From contig JBCFAY010000012.1 in NCBI GenBank assembly GCA_038562375.1, forward strand, positions 34,340 to 98,339: DNA of 64,000 bases, read 5' to 3'. Under the pieces are notes generated by a model. The model saw only the letters and a list, made by a program, of their open reading frames with translations. It searched no databases and was not told where the DNA came from. A program made the position numbers and the translations under genes. The stretch is from Bacillota bacterium. GTDB taxonomy: Bacteria; Bacillota; Clostridia; Christensenellales; CAG-138. Shown here one piece after another: positions 35,199 through 43,309 of this stretch (positions within the stretch are counted from its first letter, which is position 1; each line of letters starts with the position of its first letter).

Positions 35199-36818
35199 AT
35201 GGCAGAAGGCACCGAGTTCCTTTCCTGCAGGGATCTTTTGCATCTTCCTTCGATGTCGGGAAGCATTTTGCTTTCCGGCGAAGAAAGGCTCGACGGCAAA
35301 ATCACGCGGGCGAACGTCATCGAGGCGCCCGACATGGCCAACTGGGCAAACTTAGGAGAGGTCGTGATCAGTTCCGGCTATCCGTTCCGCAACAGCGAGG
35401 CCGATCTTGCCAATGCGCTATGCGAGCTGAGCAATAAAGGCATCGCCGCATTCTGCCTCAAGCCGCGGCGGTTTTACAACAACATCCCGCAATCCGTCGT
35501 GGACAGGGCGCGGGGGCTCAATCTCGTGCTCATCGAATTGCCCATCGAGGCGGTGTTCGCCAACATCGTCCATGAAATCACGGAGGAAATCCTCCAGAAG
35601 GAGACTCTATCCTTTCGGAATATCCAGGACAAGATCGAGCTCCTGCTCGATACGCTTTTTAAGGGCGACGGCATGGATGACTGGCTCCCCGGCATCGAGA
35701 AAGCCATCGGCAATCCCTTGCTGATATTCAACAGCGACAACGAGCTTCTGATGAGTCAAGGCACCCGAGAGCTGCTCGGCAGCCAGATTCAGGAGGACTT
35801 TATCCGCCAGCTCTATAAGAACGAGAACAGCGGAAACCTTTCGATATTATTAAACGGCAGCGAGGTCGGCCTGCTCTCCTTCCAGGTGGAGATCGTCAAC
35901 CAGGAATACATGCGCATGATTCTTTTGCAGTACCACAGCGCCGCGAGCGAATCGGATCTGGTCGCGATCAAGCGCATCAGCCGCATACTGGCGCTCGAGA
36001 TGCGCAACTCGATGGCGATCAAAAAGAACCGCCGCAGATACAAGGATAAATTTGTGCAGGACTGGCTGTTCAACAATTTCGCCAATGAGTCGGACATCAG
36101 CATGTTCGCGCACACCTACGGCTATGACTTGGACCTGCGCCAGAAATACCAGGTAGCGATCATCAACATCAGTACGCGCCAAAGCAGCGGGCTCTTCGCG
36201 GAAGAGGACGTGAGCATCATCCATCACCTGATCAAGAGCCTTGACCCGAACATCATATTCACGATCCATTCGGGCAAGCTCATACTCATACTCGAAAGCG
36301 ACGCGGATGAGGGCGAAAAAACGGCCTCGCTGAAAAACCTGACCCATCTGGTCGACCGCCTCAAATACATCCTCGACAAAGGGGATATGAGCCTTTGCAT
36401 CAGCCGCCCCTTCTACGCCAAAGACGTGCCCGCGGCGTATCTCCAGGCAAAGAAGATCAGCGACATCAGCCGCAAATGCAACATCAACACCCCTCTGATC
36501 ACACAGGAACAGCTCGGCGTGCTCTCGCTGCTCGCGCAGCTTCCGGAGGACGAATCCGTCCGCCATTACAAGGATAAATTCCTCGCGCCGCTCAAGCAGT
36601 ACGACGCCACCCACCGCAGCAATCTCTTAAGCACGCTGCAGATGTACCTCGGCGAAAAATGCAACACGAAGGTCACCGCCGAGAAGCTCTTCACGCATTA
36701 CAATACCGTCACCTACCGTCTAGAGCGGATCAAGAAAATACTCGACGCCGATATCGAGGACGCGGAGATTCAACTGCAGCTTCAGATCGCGTTCAAGCTC
36801 GATCTGATACAGCCGTGA
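35199..36818 (+). CDS. PucR-family transcriptional regulator (PucR N-terminal sensor region plus C-terminal HTH)
   Basis: RBS aaaggagg lies 7 nt before the ATG at 35199. C-terminal ...TAEKLFTHYNTVTYRLERIKKIL HTH. Divergent from the PTS operon across a 547-bp AT-rich region. Confidence 0.85.
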   Translation: MAEGTEFLSCRDLLHLPSMSGSILLSGEERLDGKITRANVIEAPDMANWANLGEVVISSGYPFRNSEADLANALCELSNKGIAAFCLKPRRFYNNIPQSVVDRARGLNLVLIELPIEAVFANIVHEITEEILQKETLSFRNIQDKIELLLDTLFKGDGMDDWLPGIEKAIGNPLLIFNSDNELLMSQGTRELLGSQIQEDFIRQLYKNENSGNLSILLNGSEVGLLSFQVEIVNQEYMRMILLQYHSAASESDLVAIKRISRILALEMRNSMAIKKNRRRYKDKFVQDWLFNNFANESDISMFAHTYGYDLDLRQKYQVAIINISTRQSSGLFAEEDVSIIHHLIKSLDPNIIFTIHSGKLILILESDADEGEKTASLKNLTHLVDRLKYILDKGDMSLCISRPFYAKDVPAAYLQAKKISDISRKCNINTPLITQEQLGVLSLLAQLPEDESVRHYKDKFLAPLKQYDATHRSNLLSTLQMYLGEKCNTKVTAEKLFTHYNTVTYRLERIKKILDADIEDAEIQLQLQIAFKLDLIQP

Positions 36819-36948
36819 ACACAAGCGAAAATAGACAATTCGAAAAAATTCGGTCTGTTTCTTTGTCCTTTCAATCTCCTGTGCGCAAAAGCATGTCGCT
36901 CATGCGGTATGCGGATAACGGGAATTTGTCGAAGGAGAGGTGAAGTAG

Positions 36949-37014
36949 ATGGATTTTGATACGGAGCTCATGGGCTGGATTAAAGAAGCCCACGATTTTG
37001 CAGTGAAAAAATAA
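36949..37014 (+). CDS. 21-codon micro-ORF (MDFDTELMGWIKEAHDFAVKK); coding status uncertain
   Basis: Strong RBS gaaggagagg lies 8-9 nt upstream of the ATG, and a large GC-rich hairpin follows. No homology is recognisable by eye. Confidence 0.25.
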   Translation: MDFDTELMGWIKEAHDFAVKK

Positions 37015-37032
37015 CCCTTTGCCTTACTCAAA

Positions 37033-37077
37033 AACGGCGCGCCCGTTTCCGCCGTTCGGCGGATCGGGCGCGCCGTT
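37033..37077. terminator. GC-rich compound hairpin terminator between convergent units
   Basis: 13-bp stem aacggcgcgcccg/cgggcgcgccgtt enclosing a second hairpin ccgccg-tt-cggcgg. The T-run is on the minus-strand side, downstream of the SBP gene. Confidence 0.7.
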
Positions 37078-37141
37078 TGCGCGCGTTCAAACGATCGTTT
37101 CAGGGAGAAATGACAGCTTTCGCCTAAATCGGCAAGCCCGC

Positions 37142-38146
37142 TCAGCCTTCGTCCTCCATTACTTTAAGGCCGATGCTGTTGTCGACAAGATCGGTAAGCG
37201 CCGGGCGTGCGCTCAATTCCCCGGCCGAGTCGATCACGTCGAGCAAGCGCCCGAACGCATCCTCGGTCATCACCGGATCGGTGCACCATGCGTCCGCTTC
37301 CCGATAGCTCTTGGCGACAGCCTCGAGCGTCGGGATATCCGTATCGGCGAAGAAGGGCTGCATGGCTTTGGCGATTTCGTTCTCGGTCGCAGTCTTTATC
37401 CATTGCTGGGCCTTATAGATCGCGCGGACAAAAGACTCGACGAAGGCAGGATCCTTTTGGAGGGTTTCCTGAGAAACCATGAGCGTCGTATAGGGAACCT
37501 CGCCGGACGCAAGGCCGACGCTCGCGACGATATAGCCTTTTTCCGCTTTGGCGAATGTCGATGCGGTGGGTTCAAAGAGCGTCACATAATCGCCGAGGCC
37601 GCCTTCGAATGCGCCGCCCATCAAGGGAAACTGAATATGATCGTAGACGGTAACGTCCACGCCGGGAGTAAGGCCGTGTTGCTTGAGCACGTATTCGAGC
37701 GTCATCAGCGGCATACCGCCCCTCCGTCCGCCGATGATGGATTTGCCCTTCAGATCGCTCCAGTCGAAGTTCTCCTCTGCCGTTCTGCCCACGAGGAAGG
37801 AGCCGTCCCTCTTGGTGAGCTGCGCGATGATCATCGGGTGGTCCTCTTTGCCCTCATTGGCGACATACACCGCCGTCTCCGGCCCCATGAGCGCTACCTC
37901 TGCGTCCTTGGCCAATAGCGCGGTCATGCTTTTGTCGCTTCCGCCGCCGGTGACAATCTCGATCTCGAGCCCTTCCTTCGCGAAGAAGCCCTGCGATACC
38001 GCGGCGTACAGCGGCGCGTAAAACACGGAGCGGGTAACCTCGTTGAGAACGACATGGCGGAGTTCCTTTTGAGTCGAACAGCCTGCAAGCGAAAATGCGA
38101 GCAGCGTCATCAGAAGCGCCATCAGCAGCGCAACGGCTCTTTTCAT
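37142..38146 (-). CDS. NMT1/THI5-like (nitrate/sulfonate/pyrimidine-type) ABC substrate-binding lipoprotein, orphan
   Basis: RBS gggagga. Lipoprotein signal MKRAVALLMALLMTLLAFSLAGC. Periplasmic-binding fold pattern. No adjacent permease or ATPase. Confidence 0.8.
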   Translation of the reverse strand: MKRAVALLMALLMTLLAFSLAGCSTQKELRHVVLNEVTRSVFYAPLYAAVSQGFFAKEGLEIEIVTGGGSDKSMTALLAKDAEVALMGPETAVYVANEGKEDHPMIIAQLTKRDGSFLVGRTAEENFDWSDLKGKSIIGGRRGGMPLMTLEYVLKQHGLTPGVDVTVYDHIQFPLMGGAFEGGLGDYVTLFEPTASTFAKAEKGYIVASVGLASGEVPYTTLMVSQETLQKDPAFVESFVRAIYKAQQWIKTATENEIAKAMQPFFADTDIPTLEAVAKSYREADAWCTDPVMTEDAFGRLLDVIDSAGELSARPALTDLVDNSIGLKVMEDEG

Positions 38147-38503
38147 TTCGGATTCCTCCCAAGCAGTATTTTTTACTATATTATTCATTGCTCGCAATTT
38201 GGTGAAAACCATCGTAAACGCGAAGCAAAGGAGAAACCCATGAGCCGGGTTTATCGGCAGCCCAGCGGATAGACAAGCGCTGTTTAAAGGATGCCTTTGA
38301 CGCTGCGCTTACGGCCTGTGGCCGTACCTTCTCGAACCTGCACCTGCGCTAAAGGCAGCCTGTGTCGTAGACGGGTCGAATACCGTCAATCCCGGGTATT
38401 CCCGCCTTTGTCACCGCCCGATACATATGCTATACTAAGGAAAGTATTTCCGCTTTCAACGACGCTTTTAGAAAAAATGACGGCTAAAAGAGGTTCACTC
38501 GAT

Positions 38504-40639
38504 ATGAAAAAGCTGGCCGCGCTGGCTGCAATTCTGTGCGTTCTGGCGCTGTTGGGTTCCGGCTGCGGCACAAAGAACACAGGCGCCGCCGCGTGCACGG
38601 AATTTCTCGACGCGCTCTGCGCGGGCGAATATGCATACGCCTACACGCTTTTAAGCGCCTCCGTTCAAAATGACACGGACGAGCAGGCGGACAAGCGTAT
38701 TTCATCGGACGCGTTCGTCGAGCGCTACCGGGCGATATTGGACGTGCTTAAAATCGATTCCGCGGATTACGCAATCACCGCAGTCGACGAAGGCGAGATC
38801 CTGACCAAAATCGAGTACACTCTCACTTACCACTCAATGCTCGCAGGCGATATGACGAATGCGTTCAAGATGGAAGTCGTGCGCGAGGACGGCCGGTGGC
38901 GCATCGACTGGTCGCCCGCGCTCATTTTCCCATCGCTGGAATGGGGCGACACCGTGCGCGTGGCAACGCTCTCCGCGACGCGCGGCGAGATCCTCTCCGA
39001 CGCCGTTCCCGTCGCGCAGAACGTCAACGCCACCTCCGTTACGGTCACCCTTTCCAAGGCTGCGGACAAGGAGCTTTTGGTCTCGAGTCTTTCAACCCTT
39101 TTGGGCATGACGGAGGAGGCCGTGCAGAAGCGCCTTGATGCCGCCTACAACGATTTTGTCATCGTCAAGCAGTTCTACCCCGACGAACTGGACTCATTCA
39201 CGAAGGAACAGCTTCTGCTCATCGACGGCGTCGGCATCGACCAGCGCAACTTCGGCATCTTGCGCGACTACTCCGGCGATACCCTGCTCGCGCATACTCT
39301 CGGGTACGTCGGCTACGCCAACGAGGAGGACATCAAGCGCATCGAGGAAAGCGCCCCCGATGCCAAGGGCAAAATCACCACCGATTCAATCGTCGGAAAG
39401 ACCGGGCTCGAGCGCGTATACGAAAACCAACTGCGCGGCACGGACGGCAAACGCATATTTATCGCCGACCCGCAGGGAGCCCTGGTTGAGACGCTCTATG
39501 AACAGCCCGCCGAGAACGGCCTTGACGTCAACCTCACGATCGATTACGCGCTGCAGCAGCGGGTGGAAACGCTGCTGAACCTCGTGCTTTTCGGGGACAA
39601 GATGTCCGGCGCGGTGGTCGTGATGAACCCGCTTACCGGCGCGGTCGAAGCGATGGCCTCCTATCCTACGTTCAGTCTCAACAGCTTTGCCCGCGGGATC
39701 TCCGCCGACGAGTACAACGAAATCACCGGCAAGGCGAATACCCCTCTATTCAACCGCGTCACGCAGGGCCTTTATCCTCCCGGCTCCACGTTCAAGCCCT
39801 TTACCGCGGCCGCCGCGCTCGAGAGCGGCGTGCTCACACCCGACGTCATCTTCCCCGGGCATATCGAGGACGATAAGTGGCTGCCGACCGAGTTCGGCCC
39901 CTGGTCCTGGTCGTACATCAAGCGCGCGTCGATGAACAGCCGCACCGAACCGCTCAATATGCACAACGCTATCATCAACTCGGACAATATCTACTTTGCC
40001 TACTCCGCGCTGATGACGGGCAAGGACCTGTTCGTCAAAAACGCCGAGCGGCTGGGCATGAGCGAGGCGATACCGTTCGAGCTGTACGTCGCCCCTTCGC
40101 AGATCTATAACAAGGATGCGGACTACAACCTCATGCTGCTCGCGGACAGCGGCTTCGGCCAGGGCCAGATGCTCTCCACGCCCCTCCAGCTTGCCGCGAT
40201 GTTCTCAGCCTTCGCCAACGGCGGGGATATCCCCGTGCCCTATGTCGTCGAAGGCCTCTACCGCGCCGAGGGAACCGAGTATACCAACGTCCAAAAAACG
40301 GAATCCTCCATATGGAAGGAAGACGTGATCTCGCGCCCGATCATACAGACGCTGGAGCCCATGCTCGAGCACGTGGTCAGCAAGGACTATAACGGTACCG
40401 GCCATAAGCTTGGGGTCAATAGCTGCACCGTGGCCGGTAAAACGGGTACTGCGGAAATCGGCGACGATAAGACGCGGGAAATTTCCTGGTTCGTCGGTTT
40501 CAGGGTCGGCGAGGAAGGAACATCCGACCCGAGGCTCGTGCTGGTCATGCTCGAGGTTCCCGTCGGCGATAAATACTCCGCTCTAAAGTTCGACATCGCG
40601 CGCGAACTTCTTAAGATGCCGCCTAAGGAGGAAACCTAA
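38504..40639 (+). CDS. Class B penicillin-binding protein with an NTF2-like (MecA_N-type) N-terminal domain
   Basis: Lipoprotein/anchor signal MKKLAALAAILCVLALLGSGC. Transpeptidase motifs STFK, SDN, KTGT. Confidence 0.9.
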   Translation: MKKLAALAAILCVLALLGSGCGTKNTGAAACTEFLDALCAGEYAYAYTLLSASVQNDTDEQADKRISSDAFVERYRAILDVLKIDSADYAITAVDEGEILTKIEYTLTYHSMLAGDMTNAFKMEVVREDGRWRIDWSPALIFPSLEWGDTVRVATLSATRGEILSDAVPVAQNVNATSVTVTLSKAADKELLVSSLSTLLGMTEEAVQKRLDAAYNDFVIVKQFYPDELDSFTKEQLLLIDGVGIDQRNFGILRDYSGDTLLAHTLGYVGYANEEDIKRIEESAPDAKGKITTDSIVGKTGLERVYENQLRGTDGKRIFIADPQGALVETLYEQPAENGLDVNLTIDYALQQRVETLLNLVLFGDKMSGAVVVMNPLTGAVEAMASYPTFSLNSFARGISADEYNEITGKANTPLFNRVTQGLYPPGSTFKPFTAAAALESGVLTPDVIFPGHIEDDKWLPTEFGPWSWSYIKRASMNSRTEPLNMHNAIINSDNIYFAYSALMTGKDLFVKNAERLGMSEAIPFELYVAPSQIYNKDADYNLMLLADSGFGQGQMLSTPLQLAAMFSAFANGGDIPVPYVVEGLYRAEGTEYTNVQKTESSIWKEDVISRPIIQTLEPMLEHVVSKDYNGTGHKLGVNSCTVAGKTGTAEIGDDKTREISWFVGFRVGEEGTSDPRLVLVMLEVPVGDKYSALKFDIARELLKMPPKEET

Positions 40640-40640
40640 A

Positions 40641-41450
40641 ATGCCCGCACCGGTCAAAGCCCTTCTGGCGCAATGCGGCATCACGCCCAATCGGGCTCTC
40701 GGGCAGAACTTTCTCGCGGACGATGCGGCGGTCGATGCGATCGTCGACGCCGCCAAGATCGACGGGCAGCCCGTCCTCGAGGTCGGGCCGGGGCTTGGCG
40801 CGCTGACGGATAAGATCTCGGAGCGCGCCGGTAAAGTCACCGCCGTCGAGCTGGACGAACGGATGGTACGTTATCTGGAGAGCGAGCTTGTTCCCCGGCA
40901 CAAAAATCTGCGGATCGTGCAGGGGGACTTCCTCCGCGTCGATCTCGACGCGATACTCAACGAGCTCGGGCGGCCGTTTTGCGCGGTCGGAAACCTTCCA
41001 TACTATATCACCACGCCCATCGCGGAGCGCCTCATACTTTACGGCGCACAGGCGCTTACGCTGATGGTGCAGCGCGAGGCGGCCGAGCGCTTTCTCGCGC
41101 GCCCGAACGATCGGGTCTACGGCCCGCTCTCGATCCTAGCGCAGGTATACTATAACCCGCAAATCGTATTTCAGCTGTCCCCTCATAGCTTTTATCCCGC
41201 GCCCGAGGTGTTTTCGACCGTGCTGAACCTGAGCGAGCGCAGTTGCGCACTCGACCGCCGGGCATTGTCGCGCCTGCTCGAAGCATCCTTCCGTATGCGA
41301 AGAAAAACCCTAAAGAACAACCTGCTGCCGTTGGGCATTGAGCCCTCGCTGCTCGAAGAACTGCTTCGGGGGATGGGGCTCGCCCCGGATGCGCGGGCAC
41401 AGGCGCTTTCCCCGGAACAGTTCGTAGCGCTGGCGCTCGCCTTAAGGTAA
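40641..41450 (+). CDS. rsmA: 16S rRNA (adenine1518/1519-N6)-dimethyltransferase
   Basis: LGQNFL, VLEVGPGLGALT, and NLPYYITTPI motifs. The RBS aggagg lies within the end of the PBP gene. Confidence 0.93.
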   Translation: MPAPVKALLAQCGITPNRALGQNFLADDAAVDAIVDAAKIDGQPVLEVGPGLGALTDKISERAGKVTAVELDERMVRYLESELVPRHKNLRIVQGDFLRVDLDAILNELGRPFCAVGNLPYYITTPIAERLILYGAQALTLMVQREAAERFLARPNDRVYGPLSILAQVYYNPQIVFQLSPHSFYPAPEVFSTVLNLSERSCALDRRALSRLLEASFRMRRKTLKNNLLPLGIEPSLLEELLRGMGLAPDARAQALSPEQFVALALALR

Positions 41451-41724
41451 AGGGAATCGAACCCATACGCCGCAAAGCCGCAATTTTGGCGCATTTCATC
41501 GTCATCGTCGGTCGGAATAGCCACCGGCTATGCCTCTCTCCTCTTCCTTGAACTGCATCCAAAATTGCAGCTTTGCGATCGAAGAGTTTAAAGGGCAGCG
41601 AAGTGCGACAGCGCAAGGCAGCGGTACGAAGTCGTAGTGGTGCTACGGTGAGTACCGATAACGCGGCGATGGCGTGCTTCCCTACCCTTTAAACCGCATA
41701 GGTTCGACTCCCTTTACCTTAGGC
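41441..41724. repeat. Nested inverted-repeat element / candidate structured RNA (unknown class)
   Basis: Outer ~30-nt imperfect inverted repeat (41441-41470 vs 41694-41723, about 24/30) carrying a GGTTCGAnTCC T-arm-like motif. Inner hairpin 41471-41493/41554-41577. Second hairpin 41586-41595/41685-41694 enclosing the cggtac/gtaccg and cgtag/ctacg stems. Confidence 0.6.
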
Positions 41725-41907
41725 ATGTGATCCGATCGGGGCATACCGAGGCTGCGCACGGCACCCGAACCATATCATCGTTCGATCAGATCCATAAAGA
41801 ACGTGCAGACTGCATCAAAATAATCGTATATCGGCGTTTTTCCCTGGAAATCCTTCAACAAAAGATATATACTTTCAACAGAATAACAGTAAACAGGATA
41901 AAAGGTT

Positions 41908-42705
41908 ATGCTAATCGACTTTCATACCCATGCGTTCCCCGATGCGATGGCGGACCGCACCATGCAAACATTATCGAGGGTCAGCGGCCTCGAGCCCGAA
42001 ACCGACGGCACGCTCGACGCGCTCAATAAAAAGATGGATGAGTGGGGCACGGACTATTTCGTGCTGCACAATATTGCAACACGGCCCTCGCAGCAGACCA
42101 CGATCAACAACTACGCGGCGTCGATTCAGGGCGGCCGCATGTTTTGTTTCGGCACGGTTCATCCCGACGCGCCGGACGCGGTGCAGGAGGTTGAGCGCAT
42201 CGCCGAGCTCGGTCTTTCAGGGGTAAAACTTCACCCCGATTATCAGGATTTTTTCATCCAGGAGCCCAGGATGAACGCCGTCTATGACGCGATCGAGCAG
42301 CTCGGGCTGCCGGTGCTCTTCCACGCCGGATACGATCCCCTTTCGCCCGATTTGATCCACGCCACGCCCGAGGGCGTCGCGGACGTCAACCGCCGTTTCC
42401 CGCGCATGCGCGTGATCGCCGCACACCTGGGCGGCATAGCGGATCTGCCCGCGCAGCGGGCGGCGCTTCTCGGAAGGGATGTGTATCTCGATATCTCAGT
42501 AACCCTGTGGCGGACAACCCCGGAGGAATTCAGGGATGTCGTTTTCGACCACGGTATCGAACGCATTCTTTTCGGGAGCGATTGCCCGTGGGGCAACTCG
42601 CCGGATAACCTGGAACGGCTTGACCGGATCGGTTTGACCCAACAGGAGAAAAACGCGATCTGCTACAACAACGCCGCAAAGATTCTGGGCTTGCCCTGCA
42701 TTTGA
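41908..42705 (+). CDS. Amidohydrolase-2 (TIM-barrel metal-dependent hydrolase) family protein
   Basis: MLIDFHTHAFP..., GVKLHPDYQ, VLFHAG, FGSDCPW metal-ligand pattern. Confidence 0.85.
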   Translation: MLIDFHTHAFPDAMADRTMQTLSRVSGLEPETDGTLDALNKKMDEWGTDYFVLHNIATRPSQQTTINNYAASIQGGRMFCFGTVHPDAPDAVQEVERIAELGLSGVKLHPDYQDFFIQEPRMNAVYDAIEQLGLPVLFHAGYDPLSPDLIHATPEGVADVNRRFPRMRVIAAHLGGIADLPAQRAALLGRDVYLDISVTLWRTTPEEFRDVVFDHGIERILFGSDCPWGNSPDNLERLDRIGLTQQEKNAICYNNAAKILGLPCI

Positions 42706-42821
42706 TCAGGGCGGCGGATGGATCCGCCGGATTCTCCCGATCCATCCGGCTGCGCCTTTATAGCATGAAAACAACGCCGGGCGACGCGCCCGGCGTTCGG
42801 TCCCCTATGGAACTGCGGACC

Positions 42822-43109
42822 TTAGCACCAGCCGCAAGCGCCGCTCCAGTGCCAATGAACGCAATTGCTGCACCCGCAGTTCGCGCCGCAGCCGCAATTC
42901 ACGCCGCAGCCGCAACCGCAGCCGGAATGCCATCCGCAATTCAGATTATTATTGCAATCCCACCATCCGCAGTTTGAGCAGCCCCAGCCGTTCCACCACG
43001 GCGAGAAGCATCCGCCCGGCTGGCAGGAACAAAGATTGTTCGTGTAACCCCTGCCGTAAAAATTGCCGCGAGGAATGCAGGACGCGCCCACATTAAACCA
43101 TGATCCCAT
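42822..43109 (-). CDS. Orphan 95-aa Cys/Trp/Gly/Asn-rich protein (function unknown; possibly spore-associated or metal/thiol-rich)
   Basis: Strong RBS ggggaggtg lies 7 nt before the ATG at 43109. Composition is 18 Cys, 10 Trp, 20 Gly and 13 Asn in 95 residues, with a C-terminal GCGCGCGVNCGCGANCGCSNC run. No signal peptide and almost no charged residues. Confidence 0.7.
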   Translation of the reverse strand: MGSWFNVGASCIPRGNFYGRGYTNNLCSCQPGGCFSPWWNGWGCSNCGWWDCNNNLNCGWHSGCGCGCGVNCGCGANCGCSNCVHWHWSGACGWC

Positions 43110-43141
43110 GAAATCCACCTCCCCGAGAGCGTGTGATATCA

Positions 43142-43169
43142 TATATTATGGCTAAGCGCGCGCAATGGT
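43142..43169 (-). promoter_or_regulatory. Sigma-K-like promoter candidate (AC-17 nt-CATAATATA) for the Cys-rich gene
   Basis: The minus strand reads gatgaAC-cattgcgcgcgcttagc-CATAATATA, matching my recollection of the B. subtilis SigK consensus AC-N16-17-CATAnnnTA. It lies about 33 nt upstream of the ATG. Confidence 0.35.
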
Positions 43170-43309
43170 TCATCCATATATAGAAACTTTTCCCGCGCAA
43201 TGTTTGGAATTGCCCGGATCGCCGTTATCTTAAGGACGCGGATTTCGCGCGCAGCGCAGGCGTCGCCGGCGAATGCGTCTCAGCGTTGCGCAAAAACAAC
43301 ATCGTGCCG

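Noticed and set aside
38147-38290. TPP riboswitch upstream of the NMT1/THI5-like binding protein.
   Set aside because: No CTGAGA or ACCTGATCTGGATAATGCC-type elements are present.
41441-41724. A tRNA or tmRNA gene in the rsmA-downstream element, because of GGTTCGAnTCC motifs.
   Set aside because: Neither strand folds into an acceptor/D/anticodon/T cloverleaf. The motifs sit in two inverted arms that pair with each other instead.
42850-42960. CRISPR-like or tandem-repeat DNA (repeated tgcggc/gcagcc units).
   Set aside because: The periodicity is 3-6 nt and lies inside the Cys/Gly-rich ORF. There are no spacers and no ~30-nt repeats. No CRISPR array was seen anywhere in the window.
42702-43047. 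Plus-strand ORFs 42702-42977 and 42865-43047 opposite the Cys-rich gene.
   Set aside because: These are Ala/Pro-rich mirror frames of the GC-rich repeat, with no RBS. The minus-strand frame has a strong RBS and promoter-like elements.
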